Part shown: one piece after another, positions 43,751 to 54,000 of the stretch
Layout: the number at the start of each line of letters is the position of its first letter
Position numbering within the stretch: the first letter of the stretch is position 1
Assembly: GCA_963737655.1 (NCBI GenBank)
Contig: CAVTTN010000002.1
Span: 7,539,828 to 7,603,827 of the forward strand
Length of the DNA: 64,000 nucleotides
Reading direction: 5' to 3'
DNA from: an uncultured Planctomycetota bacterium
Lineage (GTDB): Bacteria > Planctomycetota > Planctomycetia > Isosphaerales > Isosphaeraceae
The notes under the pieces: generated by a model
Databases searched by the model: none
Seen by the model: only the letters and a program-made list of their open reading frames with translations
What the model was told of the DNA's origin: nothing
Position numbers and translations under genes: made by a program

Positions 43751-44500
43751 CTACTCCGATGGCCTTGAACCGTCTTCCAGGAGCCGCTTGAGAGTGGAGA
43801 GAAGCGTGGGGATGTCGAACGGCTTGAAGTGGACCGCGTCGGCATCCTCGTGGAACGGGCGATCGGGCCTGGGGTCGGCCTCGGGCCGGTGCCCGGTGAT
43901 CAGGACGGTCCGGGCCTCGGGATTCTGGGCCCGGACTCTTCGGACCAACTCGGCCCCGTCGCCGTCGGGGAGTTTCAGGTCGATCAGAACGACGCGGAAC
44001 GAGCGGTTCCCCAGGCTCCGGGCCGCGCCGGCCTCGTCGTGGGCGAGGCACACGCGGTAACCCTGGCCGTGAAGGACGTCCCAGAGGCTCGCGCACAGGT
44101 CGCGATCGTCGTCCACGACGAGCAGCAAGGGTTGCTCCAGGGCGAGATCGATCTGCCGTTTCAGGCGGGGCAGATCGACCGGCTTGGAGAGCACCTCGAT
44201 CAGCCCGAGGCCTCGCGCTTGCTCCCGGGCGAGTCCCGAGGCGAAGGCGGTCACGAGGATCGCCGCCGCGCCGGGTTGGACCTTCTTGGCCTCGCGATAG
44301 AGCGTCAGCCCGTCCATGCCCGGCATCCGCAGGTCGAGCAGGATCACGTCGAACGGCCGACGTCCCAGGGACGCCAGGGCGGCCGGGCCATCCCCGGCCG
44401 TCGTCACGTCGTAACCGAGCTCGCCGAGGATGTCGGACATGTTTGCCCGAATGTCCTCGTCGTCATCGACGATCAGGATCGTCGGATGGGAAAGCAACAT
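43751..44500 (-). CDS. Response regulator with two tandem REC domains
   Basis: ILIVDDD...LDLRMPGMDG...KPVD then LLVVDDD...IDLKLPDGDG...KPFD; no output domain. Confidence 0.9.
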   Translation of the reverse strand: MLLSHPTILIVDDDEDIRANMSDILGELGYDVTTAGDGPAALASLGRRPFDVILLDLRMPGMDGLTLYREAKKVQPGAAAILVTAFASGLAREQARGLGLIEVLSKPVDLPRLKRQIDLALEQPLLLVVDDDRDLCASLWDVLHGQGYRVCLAHDEAGAARSLGNRSFRVVLIDLKLPDGDGAELVRRVRAQNPEARTVLITGHRPEADPRPDRPFHEDADAVHFKPFDIPTLLSTLKRLLEDGSRPSE

Positions 44501-44657
44501 CGTCCACCGGATTCAAGGGACGGGCCCGAGTTCGGTCCATGTCTGAGCATCCTAGCCTCGCTCGTGGAGCGTCGGGAAGGCGAAAGCCGGCTTTCTGGGC
44601 CGTCCAACGAACCGGCAAGGCTCCCGTCTAGAGGATTTGCCAATTGTCTTGGGCTAT

Positions 44658-45599
44658 TCACTTCGAGACCGAGGCCGACGGGCCCGGGAGCGATCGCAGG
44701 AGAGGCCGGATGGCCGTCCAGAGTTGCTGCTTGATGCGGACGGCGATGGGATTCTTGAGCCGGGTGGGGCGACGATCCCTGGATGCTCCGGCCACGAGCA
44801 GGCCGACGGTCAACTCGCCGTCGGTGTCGTAGCGATCCCCGCCGCCATTGCGGCCGAGAAGGGTCGCGCCCACGCCGGTGACCTGGTAGAGTTCCGTCAG
44901 CCGCCCGGCCTGGCGGAGGTCGGCCATCAGGCCGTCCCTCTCGGCGTCGATGTCCGGGCCGATGTGGTGGGTGATCTGCCCGGTTCGATGGCTCAGCCCC
45001 ACGCTCTCGTCGTAGGTCACGGCGCCAATCCAGAGAGGTTGGCCGTCCTCCCCGAGGTCGTCCGACTTCCAGAACCGGACGTGGTGGCGGTGACGGGCGC
45101 TCCGCCCGTCCGGCTTCTCGAAAGCGAGGTCTTGCTTCCTGCCGAAGAGAAAGAGGTTGCTGACCGGGGCGTCCACATACGGCCGATTCAGGAGCACGCT
45201 GCTGGCAATTCGAGCGCTGCTCCGGAGCGTGATCGGGTCGGCCGGGGACCAACCCGCATCGAGCATCGCGCTGACGATCTGCTCCTCGGAGCCGATCAGG
45301 CCGACGTTCAACGGGTCGCCCGGGATGCCCTGGGCGGTCAGGGTCGTCCGGGGGGCCATTTCCATCGACGGGTGGTGCTCGAAATGCCTCCAGAGGGCGG
45401 GTAAAACGACATAGGCGGCCAGGAGCCACAGGGCGAGGACGACGATCGTGGCCTTCGCCGCCCGGATCAGCCGCCGTCGCTTCCGGCGGATTGGCTCCTC
45501 GGCGAGCGTGGGCCTCACGGACCTCCGAGCCCACAAAAAAAGCCGCCGACCGCCCTCAGGCCCCGTCGCGGCCGGGTCGGTCCCTGTCGATTTACTCAT
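44658..45599 (-). CDS. LssY C-terminal domain protein
   Basis: GDPLNVGLIG, PVSNLFLFGRKQDLAFE, RHHVRFW, WIGAVTYD, ITHHIGPDIDAERD. Confidence 0.88.
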   Translation of the reverse strand: MSKSTGTDPAATGPEGGRRLFLWARRSVRPTLAEEPIRRKRRRLIRAAKATIVVLALWLLAAYVVLPALWRHFEHHPSMEMAPRTTLTAQGIPGDPLNVGLIGSEEQIVSAMLDAGWSPADPITLRSSARIASSVLLNRPYVDAPVSNLFLFGRKQDLAFEKPDGRSARHRHHVRFWKSDDLGEDGQPLWIGAVTYDESVGLSHRTGQITHHIGPDIDAERDGLMADLRQAGRLTELYQVTGVGATLLGRNGGGDRYDTDGELTVGLLVAGASRDRRPTRLKNPIAVRIKQQLWTAIRPLLRSLPGPSASVSK

Positions 45600-45758
45600 G
45601 ATCCCGCCTTATTTCGAATGCTCTTCGGCGCATCCCGTGCAACCACGATCGCCGGGCCGTAATCGCCCGTCAAGCGATTCCAGACCGACCGCGGCGGATT
45701 CGTCGCGGAGATGTTACTGGAGTCGGTTGGATCGAGTCTCCTGGAATGTCCCGAGATC

Positions 45759-46313
45759 ATGACGAGGAATCCTCTGTTGAGTCTCCACGATCCCGGGAAC
45801 GGCCGCTCTTACCCCGATCGCCTCCTTCCGCTCCTGAACCGGGTCGCCTGGTTGATGGACCGGGCCTTCCGCGTGCCCGGGACCAACGCCCGGTTTGGGC
45901 TCGACGGCCTGCTCGGGCTGCTCCCGCTGGGCGGAGACGTGGCCACGGGACTGGTTCAGGCGGGGTTGGTCCTGATCGCCTTGAGGCATTACCGGGTGCC
46001 GCCTTCGGTGGCGGCCCGGATGGTGGCGAACGTCCTGATCGACGTGGGAATCGGCGCCATCCCCGTGCTGGGCGACCTGTTCGACTTCGCCTTCAAGGCC
46101 AACACGAGGAACCTCGCCCTCCTGGAACCGTTCCTGGCCGAAGGCAGACGCGACGTGCCGACGGCGACTTCCGCGGCGGTGCCAATGCTCGTCCCCGTCC
46201 CGCCTGCGTTCTCCTGGGGATGCCTGCTGGCCGTCGCGGTTCCTCTTCTGGGAGCCTTGCTTCTGGTTCTCATCGGGTTCGTCGCCGTGATCCGCTGGCT
46301 TCTCCACAATTGA
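45759..46313 (+). CDS. DUF4112 membrane protein
   Basis: LMDRAFRVPGT, FGLDGLLGLLPLGGD, GAIPVLGDLFDFAFKANTRN. Confidence 0.9.
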   Translation: MTRNPLLSLHDPGNGRSYPDRLLPLLNRVAWLMDRAFRVPGTNARFGLDGLLGLLPLGGDVATGLVQAGLVLIALRHYRVPPSVAARMVANVLIDVGIGAIPVLGDLFDFAFKANTRNLALLEPFLAEGRRDVPTATSAAVPMLVPVPPAFSWGCLLAVAVPLLGALLLVLIGFVAVIRWLLHN

Positions 46314-46438
46314 GCCTTCGGAGGAACGCGCGAATGGCCCCGGAACTGCCGAAGAATAATGAAGGCGTCTCGATTCGCGAGGGGCGATCGTCGGCTCGCC
46401 TCGCCCCAACGCCGATCTGTCTCGGGAAAGGTGTGACG

Positions 46439-46924
46439 ATGAGGCGTTTGATTCGGGCCTGCTTGCCGGCGATGCTCGTCTTCGCGGCAAACCTGGTTTC
46501 CAGCCCCAGCTCGGCGAGAGCCCAGGGGGACGGGCTCGGCGGATTCGGGGCGATGGCCGGAAGCGGAGGATCGAACATGGCTCCGGGGACGATGGCCCCG
46601 TTTTCCGGCCGGTTCGGCGCCGCGATGCCCTCGGGAATGGGAGGGGCCGGGGCGGTTTCCTTCTCCGAGCGTTCGTCGGCGTCCATGGCCGGCGGGCGGA
46701 CGCCCTTCACCCTCCGCCCCATGAGCGGGTCGATGGTCACTGGCTCCTCAAGGCGGCCGTTTGGACCCCCGAATCTCGGCGCCTCGGGCTTCGGGGGCGG
46801 TCTCAGTCGGCCCATGCCGTCGACGACGGGGATGGGTGTCATGCCGCCGAACTTCGGCTCGCCGTTCCGCCCGCCGACGAACCTTGGTGCTCCGGGAGTC
46901 GTCGGATCAGGCATGTCCATGTGA
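46439..46924 (+). CDS. Secreted low-complexity Gly/Met/Pro/Ser-rich protein
   Basis: AAGGTG RBS, signal peptide ending ARA-Q, 13 Met in the mature part, ends GMSM. Confidence 0.65.
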   Translation: MRRLIRACLPAMLVFAANLVSSPSSARAQGDGLGGFGAMAGSGGSNMAPGTMAPFSGRFGAAMPSGMGGAGAVSFSERSSASMAGGRTPFTLRPMSGSMVTGSSRRPFGPPNLGASGFGGGLSRPMPSTTGMGVMPPNFGSPFRPPTNLGAPGVVGSGMSM

Positions 46925-46969
46925 GGGACGGGTGAGGTGAGCCGTCCCCGGGGCCTTGGAGAGACTCGA

Positions 46970-48463
46970 TCACCCCGGAGCGGGTCGGAAGGGGCCGGGG
47001 CCTGGCGGTTTCGGCGGAAGTGGGGACGGATTGGCCGTCGCGGGAGTCTCCGGGGCCGGCGGGTGCTCGTTGATCCGACAGCCGACGGCCCTCTCCAGAG
47101 ACGCCAGCGCCTTGCCCAGCTCCGCCTCGACCTGCGTGACCTGGAGCTCGACCTGGAGGACCTCGCGCATAGCCGAGATCAGGGCCGCGAAATCCACGTT
47201 CCCCTGGCTGTAGTCGCCCCCGGCGTTCTCCAGGGTCTGACGCGCCCGGGGGAGGATCTGATCGCGGAGCAGGCCCAGGACGTTCTGCTGGACCCGGGCC
47301 TGGGTCATGAAGTCGGCGATCGTGCTCCGGGTCTCGTCGCGCTGGGCCTCGTACAGCCTGGCATCGGCCAGGGCCCTCTCGGTGGCCTCACAGACCCCCG
47401 CTTGATACTTGGCGCGATAGACCGGCAGGTTGAACGCGACGAACAGGCCGACGTTCGGGGCCCCGCTGGCGGTGGCGGGCGTCGCGGCGTTGGTCTTTTC
47501 CATGTCCATGTAGGTCAATCCCAGGGTCAGGCTGGGATAGAACCGCTTCCGGGCCAGCTCGATGGCCTTCTCGTCTCGGGCGACGGCCGCGAGACGCCCC
47601 TTGAGCTCGGGACGCGCGGCGATCGCCAGGGTCTGGAGCCGCTCGATCTCCGCCGGGACGGCGTCGAGCGAGAGTTCGGGCAAAGTTTGCAGGTCGGCTT
47701 CCGGGTCGGCGTGGACCTGGCGGGCGAGGGCGGCCCGGGCCGAGGCGATCCCCTGCTGATTCGAGGCGCGCTCGCGGTCGAGCTCGCTGAGCAACAACTC
47801 GGCCCGGAGCACGTCTTGAGGAGAGCCGCCGGTTTCCTGGCGTCGTCGCGCGACCGTCCTGAAGTCTTCCAGGAGCTTGCGGTTCTCGACCAGGAACTCC
47901 TCGGTCCTCTGGCTCGCGAACAGGTCGAAATACGCCCGCTTCACCGCGGCGACCGCATCCAACTGGGCGGCGGCCAGCTCGGCCAGGGCCACCTGGACGT
48001 CGCGTTCGGCCACTTCGCCGCGGAGCCGGAGCGTCCCGAACCAGGGGAATTGCTGGGCCAGCGTGAGGTTGTACGGGTTGTAACCCATCAATGAATACTG
48101 CGGGGCCACGCTCGGGATCGGGAACACGGTGTTCGAGGCGATCGGGTCGTCGAGCGCGGTGACTTGCGGGACGCGATACCGGAGCGACTGGACGTTATGG
48201 AACGCGGCCTGGACCGTGCGATTCTCGGCCAGGGCCCGGCGGATGAACGCATCCACCGGCTGAGGCCCGGACAGTTCCGGGGCCGACGCGGCCGAGCCGG
48301 GGCCGATCGCCAGGGCCATCGAGCCCTCCGGCGGCTGGGGACGGAACGCGGCGGCCACGACGGTCGGGTCGATCGCGATCGAATCGGTCCGAGGAGGCGC
48401 CTGCGCGCATCCGGCGATCCCGCTCAGGACGACCAGCGGCGAGGCGAGGCACCATCGTCGCAT
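46970..48463 (-). CDS. TolC/CusC-family outer-membrane efflux lipoprotein
   Basis: GAGGAGGTG RBS, lipobox IAGC, QQFPWFG, VKRAYFDL, ARPEL, ASLERAVG. Confidence 0.9.
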   Translation of the reverse strand: MRRWCLASPLVVLSGIAGCAQAPPRTDSIAIDPTVVAAAFRPQPPEGSMALAIGPGSAASAPELSGPQPVDAFIRRALAENRTVQAAFHNVQSLRYRVPQVTALDDPIASNTVFPIPSVAPQYSLMGYNPYNLTLAQQFPWFGTLRLRGEVAERDVQVALAELAAAQLDAVAAVKRAYFDLFASQRTEEFLVENRKLLEDFRTVARRRQETGGSPQDVLRAELLLSELDRERASNQQGIASARAALARQVHADPEADLQTLPELSLDAVPAEIERLQTLAIAARPELKGRLAAVARDEKAIELARKRFYPSLTLGLTYMDMEKTNAATPATASGAPNVGLFVAFNLPVYRAKYQAGVCEATERALADARLYEAQRDETRSTIADFMTQARVQQNVLGLLRDQILPRARQTLENAGGDYSQGNVDFAALISAMREVLQVELQVTQVEAELGKALASLERAVGCRINEHPPAPETPATANPSPLPPKPPGPGPFRPAPG

Positions 48464-48648
48464 CCTGGTTCACCTCCTCGCGACCGGCGCCGGATTGCTT
48501 CGACCAGGAAGGAATATCGGCCTCGGCGAAGGGCCGGCTTCCGCAAAACCGTCCGTTTGCGGCGAATTGGCCGATTCTGAGGGTTGCGCCCGGCCCCAGG
48601 GTGCGACCGAGGCACGCTGGACGAAGACGTGAGCATTCCACGTAGGTC

Positions 48649-48676
48649 TTGTCCGTCCACGGCAACCGTCTATAAT
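48649..48676 (+). promoter_or_regulatory. Putative sigma70 promoter of the Cys-rich ORF-cusB-cusA unit
   Basis: TTGTCC-N16-TATAAT. Confidence 0.5.
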
Positions 48677-48731
48677 CCGGAGCAGCTTCACGGCGGACGG
48701 GCCCGCCAGCGTTTGAACCGGGGCCAAGCTC

Positions 48732-49193
48732 ATGACTCCTCGCGTCCCTCACCTTCGACGACTCGGGATCGCCCTGGCGGCGATCGTCGTGGCGTTGTGG
48801 TTGGGGGGCGAGTCGTCGGCGTGCTCGAATCCGGACGCGTCTGCGGATGCCCCGTCGTGCTGCTCGAATCGACCCGAAGCGGGCGAGTGCGACGGATGCT
48901 GCGGGCCTTCGGCGGCACTCGCCACCACGCCCGACGCGACCCTGGCCGTCGCCCCGGTCGCGGGACTGTCGGTCCCGGTGCGGACCTGTGAATGCCGGTC
49001 GCGCGGCCTCGCCGAACCGGCCTCGAAGCCCGAATCCCGCCCGTCACCCACCCGAAGCGATCGCCAGCCGGCCCGAATGGTCGCCTCGGAACCCGAGAAC
49101 CGCCCCGCCGCCTCGGTCGCGCACCGATCTCCTCGCCTCGACGACCCGTCGACGATCCCCGTCTATCTCCTCACCTCTCGCCTGCTTAGATAA
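48732..49193 (+). CDS. Small exported Cys-rich protein upstream of cusB
   Basis: Signal-like N-terminus; SCCS, CDGCCG, CEC; Pro-rich tail ending PVYLLTSRLLR. Confidence 0.6.
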   Translation: MTPRVPHLRRLGIALAAIVVALWLGGESSACSNPDASADAPSCCSNRPEAGECDGCCGPSAALATTPDATLAVAPVAGLSVPVRTCECRSRGLAEPASKPESRPSPTRSDRQPARMVASEPENRPAASVAHRSPRLDDPSTIPVYLLTSRLLR

Positions 49194-49361
49194 GCGTATC
49201 GACACGTCGGGACGTTGTTGTCCCCTCGGCGTCCGTGCCTCGAGCGCCTCGGGGCGCGGGTCGGTCGCCGAACCGTCGTGTTCGATCCGTTATTGGCACG
49301 TTCGGAGCTTCGGAGATCAAGCTGTCCGGGCATGGCCCGCGGCGGTTTGGGGAGTTTACTC

Positions 49362-51026
49362 ATGTCTTCGAATGGAACCGCGGGTCCGCCGATGGCCGAA
49401 GGGCCGCCCCGGACTCGCTGGCAGAAGGTCCGGCTGGTCGTGAAGGTGGTCGAGCTCCGGCTCCGGTTCGTCGCGTTGATGGCGATCACCGGGCTCGCGT
49501 TTGCTTACTGGGATACGATCTGGAACCGCTATGACAAGTGGATGAGGCCCGCCCCCGATCGCCCGATCGCGGCTTCGGGCCTCGAATTCTTCTGCCCGAT
49601 GCATCCGTCGGTCGTTCAGGAGGAGCCGGGCAAGTGCCCGATCTGCGGGATGCCCCTGGCCCGGAGGAAACACGGCGAGAAGGCGACGTTGCCAAAGGGG
49701 GTCACGGCCCGCGTCCAGATCGCCCCGTCCCGAGTCGCCCAGGCCGGCATCCGCACCGCCGAAGTAAGCTATTCCCCGCTCGCTCAGACGCTCACGACCG
49801 TCGGCTACGTAGCGTACGACGAGAGGAGGTTGGCGAACGTCGTGTCGAAGGTCCCGGGCAAGTCGCGGGTCGAGGCGCTCTTCGCCAACTTCACCGGCAT
49901 GGACATCGAGGCCGGCCAGCCTCTGGCCGAGCTTTACAGCCCCGAACTTTCGCAGGCCATCGCCGAGCTGAGGACGGCCGACCGTGCCTCTCGGGAATCC
50001 GCGGGTTTGCAGACGTCGGCCGCGAAGTCGATCCTGGGCGATCGCCGCGACATGGTCCGGCGGTCGAAGGAGAAGCTTCTCCGATGGGGGATGACCCCGG
50101 CCCAGCTTGACGCGGTCCTCCGCCAGGATCGCGACGATTTCCGCGTCCCGATCCTCTCGCCGATCGGCGGCCACCTCGTCAAGAAGAACGTGGTCGAGGG
50201 CCAGGAGGTCCGCGAAGGCGACCCGATGTTCGAGATCGCCGATTTGCATCACGTCTGGGTACTCGCCCAGGTCTATGAACATCAAATCGGCCTGGTCCGC
50301 GAAGGGCAGTCGGTGGAGGCGACCGTCGAGGGGCTTCCCGGCCGCGCGTTCCCCGGCAAGGTCGAGTTCGTCCAGCCTCATCTGGACCCGGAAACGAGGA
50401 CCGTGGAGGTCCGGTTCGGCCTGGACAATCCCGGCCATCGGCTCCGGCCGGGCATGTTCGCCACGGTCACCCTCAAGACCCCGGTGGCCGAGACCCCCGC
50501 GTTCCGCGACCGCCTCGCCTCGGCCGCGAGCCGGTCGGCGACGTTGCGGCCCGTCGGGATGACTGCCAAGGACCAGAAGACCTGCCCTGTCACGGGCATG
50601 GAACTGGGTTCGATGGGCGAGCCCGTCGCAATGGAGGTCCAGGGGCGGAAGGTCTGGACGTGCTGCGACGCCTGCCCGCCGAGGATCGAGGCCGAGACCG
50701 CCAAATATCTGGCCAGGCTCGCCCCCGTCCCCAGGGACGAGGTGCTCAGCGTGCCAGAATCGGCGGTGATCGACACCGGGAGCCGCAAGATCGTCTATGT
50801 CGAGGCCGAGCCGGGCGTTTTCGAAGGTCGCGTGGTGGTCCTCGGCTCCAGGATCGGCGATCGCTTCCCCGTCCTCGAGGGTCTCTCGCCCGGCGACAGG
50901 GTGGCGGCGGCCGGCGCGTTCCTGATTGACGCCGAGAGCCGTTTGAACCCGGCGGAAACACCGGAAAAGTCGGGCGTGGTCCCGGCACGGTCCTCATCCT
51001 CGTCCTCGGGCGCCCCTCAACCTTGA
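49362..51026 (+). CDS. cusB: CusB-type RND periplasmic adaptor with extra metal-binding domains
   Basis: CPMHP...CPICGM; ELYSPEL; RLRPGMFA; inserted CPVTG...CCDAC; VPESAVIDTG; FLIDAESRL. Confidence 0.88.
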   Translation: MSSNGTAGPPMAEGPPRTRWQKVRLVVKVVELRLRFVALMAITGLAFAYWDTIWNRYDKWMRPAPDRPIAASGLEFFCPMHPSVVQEEPGKCPICGMPLARRKHGEKATLPKGVTARVQIAPSRVAQAGIRTAEVSYSPLAQTLTTVGYVAYDERRLANVVSKVPGKSRVEALFANFTGMDIEAGQPLAELYSPELSQAIAELRTADRASRESAGLQTSAAKSILGDRRDMVRRSKEKLLRWGMTPAQLDAVLRQDRDDFRVPILSPIGGHLVKKNVVEGQEVREGDPMFEIADLHHVWVLAQVYEHQIGLVREGQSVEATVEGLPGRAFPGKVEFVQPHLDPETRTVEVRFGLDNPGHRLRPGMFATVTLKTPVAETPAFRDRLASAASRSATLRPVGMTAKDQKTCPVTGMELGSMGEPVAMEVQGRKVWTCCDACPPRIEAETAKYLARLAPVPRDEVLSVPESAVIDTGSRKIVYVEAEPGVFEGRVVVLGSRIGDRFPVLEGLSPGDRVAAAGAFLIDAESRLNPAETPEKSGVVPARSSSSSSGAPQP

Positions 51027-51045
51027 ATCGGAGGGAGGCCGCGCC

Positions 51046-54000
51046 GTGATCGAGTCCATCATTGAATGGTCGATCCGCAATCGATACCTCGTCATCCTCG
51101 CCTCGCTGGCCCTGGGCTTGGCGGGCGTCCGCGCCATGTTGACGACCCCGGTCGACGCGATCCCCGACCTCTCCGAGAACCAGGTGATCGTCTTCACCGA
51201 CTGGATGGGCCGCAGCCCCCAGGAGATCGAGGACCAGATCACCTATCCGATGTCGGTGAACCTCCAGGGGCTGGCCGGGGTGAAGGTGGTGCGGTCGTCC
51301 AGCGAGTTCAATTTCTCGATGATCACGATCATCTTCGATGATGCCACCGATTACTACTTCGCCCGGGAACGCGTCCTGGAAAAGCTTTCCATCGCCTCCA
51401 CGTTCCTACCCCAGGGAGTCACTCCGTACCTCGCGCCCGACGCCACGGCGGTCGGGCAGATCTTCTGGTACACGGTCGAAGGGGACGGCAAGGACCTCGG
51501 CGAGCTGCGGTCGATCCAGGATTGGTACGTCCGCTACCAGCTCAACAGCGTCCCGGGAGTGGCCGAGGTCGCATCCGTCGGCGGCGCCCCGAAGGAGTAT
51601 CAAATCGACCTGGACCCGAACAAGCTCCGGGCGTTCGGCGTGAGCCTGGGCGAGGTGGATCGGGCCGTCGCGCGCTCGAATTCCTCGGTCGGAGGCCGGG
51701 TGATTCACCAGGGGAACGCCGAGTTTCTGATCCGCTCGGTCGGCTGGATCGAAAACCTCGACGACATCCGCGACACGGTCATCGCCTCGAGAAAGAACGG
51801 AACGCCGGTCCGCGTCGGCGATCTGGGCACCGTCCAGATCGGCCCCGGGTTCCGGAGGAGCGTCCTGGAGAAGGACGGGAAGGAGGCCGTCGGCGGGGTG
51901 GTCCTCATGCGATATGGCGAGAACCCTCTGGAGGTCACCCGGAAGATCAAGGAGAAGATCACGGCCCTGGAAGTCAGCCTGAACGCCCAGGGCGTGCGGA
52001 TCGTCCCGTTCTACGATCGGACCCCCTTGATCCACAAGGCGCTGGAGACCGTCGGCGGGACGGTCAAGGAGGAGCTGATCGTCTGCACGATCGCGATCCT
52101 TCTGGTCATGGGGCACGTGGGCAATGCGTTCGTGGTCGCCGTCACCCTGCCGATGGCCATCCTGTTCAGCTTCCTGATGATGAAGCTGTTCGGGATGTCG
52201 TCGAACATCATGAGCCTGGCGGGGATCTCGATCAGCGTGGGCATCCTGATCGATCAGGCGGTCGTCATGGGGGAGAACGCGGCCCACCATTTGACCCGCC
52301 ATTTCGGCCGCAATCGCGTGACGGGCGACACGACCGAGATCGTCATCAAGGCGTGCCGGACGGTGGGGCGGCCGATCTTCTTCTCGGTCCTGATCACGAT
52401 CCTCTCGTTCCTGCCGGTCTTCGCCCTCACGGGCCGGGAGGGGAAAATGTTCCACCCTCTGGCGTTCACGAAGACCTTCGCGCTGGTCGGCGTCGCGTTG
52501 CTCTCGATCACCCTCGTGCCCGCGCTGATCCCCATCTTCCTGAGAGGGCGGATCAAGTCGGAGGAGGAGAACTGGCTGGTCCGCACGATGATCGAGATCT
52601 TCAAGCCGATGCTGTCGTGGCTGATGGACCGGACCACGCTGGTCTGCTGGCTGTTCGCGATCATCCTCGGCCTCGGCTACGTCGCCTCGACGAGACTGGG
52701 CCGAGAGTTCATGCCCGACCTGAACGAAGGGTCGATCATGGACATGCCGACGACCGTCCCTCGCGCCTCGCTGGCCCAGGCGGGCGATGATTTGAAGGTG
52801 CGCGATGGCGTCCTCCGCGACTTTCCCGAGGTCTGGCAGGTCGTCGGCAAGGCGGGCCGCGCCGAGACGCCGACGGACCCCTCGCCCCTGGACATGATCG
52901 AGACCATCGTGAATCTCCGAGACCAGGAGGTCTGGCCGAGACGGAAGCTCCGATTCGAGGATGCGGTAGGCCAGACACAACACGTCCTGGCCGCCCTGGA
53001 ATCGAATGGATTCCTCCGCCGACCGGCCGCCGGTGAAGATCGAGCGGGCCTGGTGGACGAGGCCGCGATGACTGTGGCCGAGACCGTCGATCGCACGCTC
53101 CGCGACCTTGCCGTGCTTCGTTTGAAGGAGTTTCGCCCCGAGCTTGGCCGAGCCCTGGTCGGTGACGCGGTCGATGACCTCCTGTCGCGAGTCGCACCCT
53201 CGGCCGTCGTTCGCAAGCCCTCGGCCGACGAGCGCCGGGCGGTGATCGACGCTCTGGTAACGACTGTTGGCGAGCGGTTGGCGGTAGAGGTCTCCGCCGA
53301 CGACTCGGCCGATCTGGCCCGCGACGCCTCCCGCCGCCTCGTCGCCCTGGGAGTCCTGCGCAATCGCGCCGACCTGCTTTCGCCTCCGCCGTCCGCCCTG
53401 GAACGAGTGAGCGAGGCCGCCGGCGATGTCCTGGGGTTCGCGAGGCCATCGCTGTTTTCGAGGGTCCATGACGGGCTCGTCGCGTCTCATGCCCGAAGAC
53501 TCGGAGAGCGAGTCCGAACGCTCCAATGGGAACTCTTCGACCGAGCGGTCGGCACCGCGACGTGGACGGCGCTGGTGGAATTGTCGCGGCTCGGCCGGGA
53601 ACGGAAGCTCGTCAGGAGAGAGCCGACGCCCGAGGCGTTGAGGGCCTTGGCCCCGAGCCTGGAGGCACCGTTCGCCGGCCGTTTGTTGCTCTGGAAGAAG
53701 ACGAAGCAGGACCTCGTGGAGGAGATGGAGACGGCGCTTCAGATGCCCGGCTGGGGCAACAGTTTCACCCAACCCATCGCCAACCGGATCGAGATGCTTT
53801 CCACGGGCGTCCGGCTGCCGGTGGCGGCGAAGGTGTTCGGGCCGGACCTGGCGGAGGTCCAGCGGGTCAGTCAGGAAGTGGCCGCGGTCCTCCGAGGGGT
53901 CCGCGGGTCGGCCAACGTGTTCGCCGACCAGATTACAGGCAAACCGTACGTGGAGATCCACATCGACCGCAAGAAGGCGTCGCGCTACGGGATCAACGTG

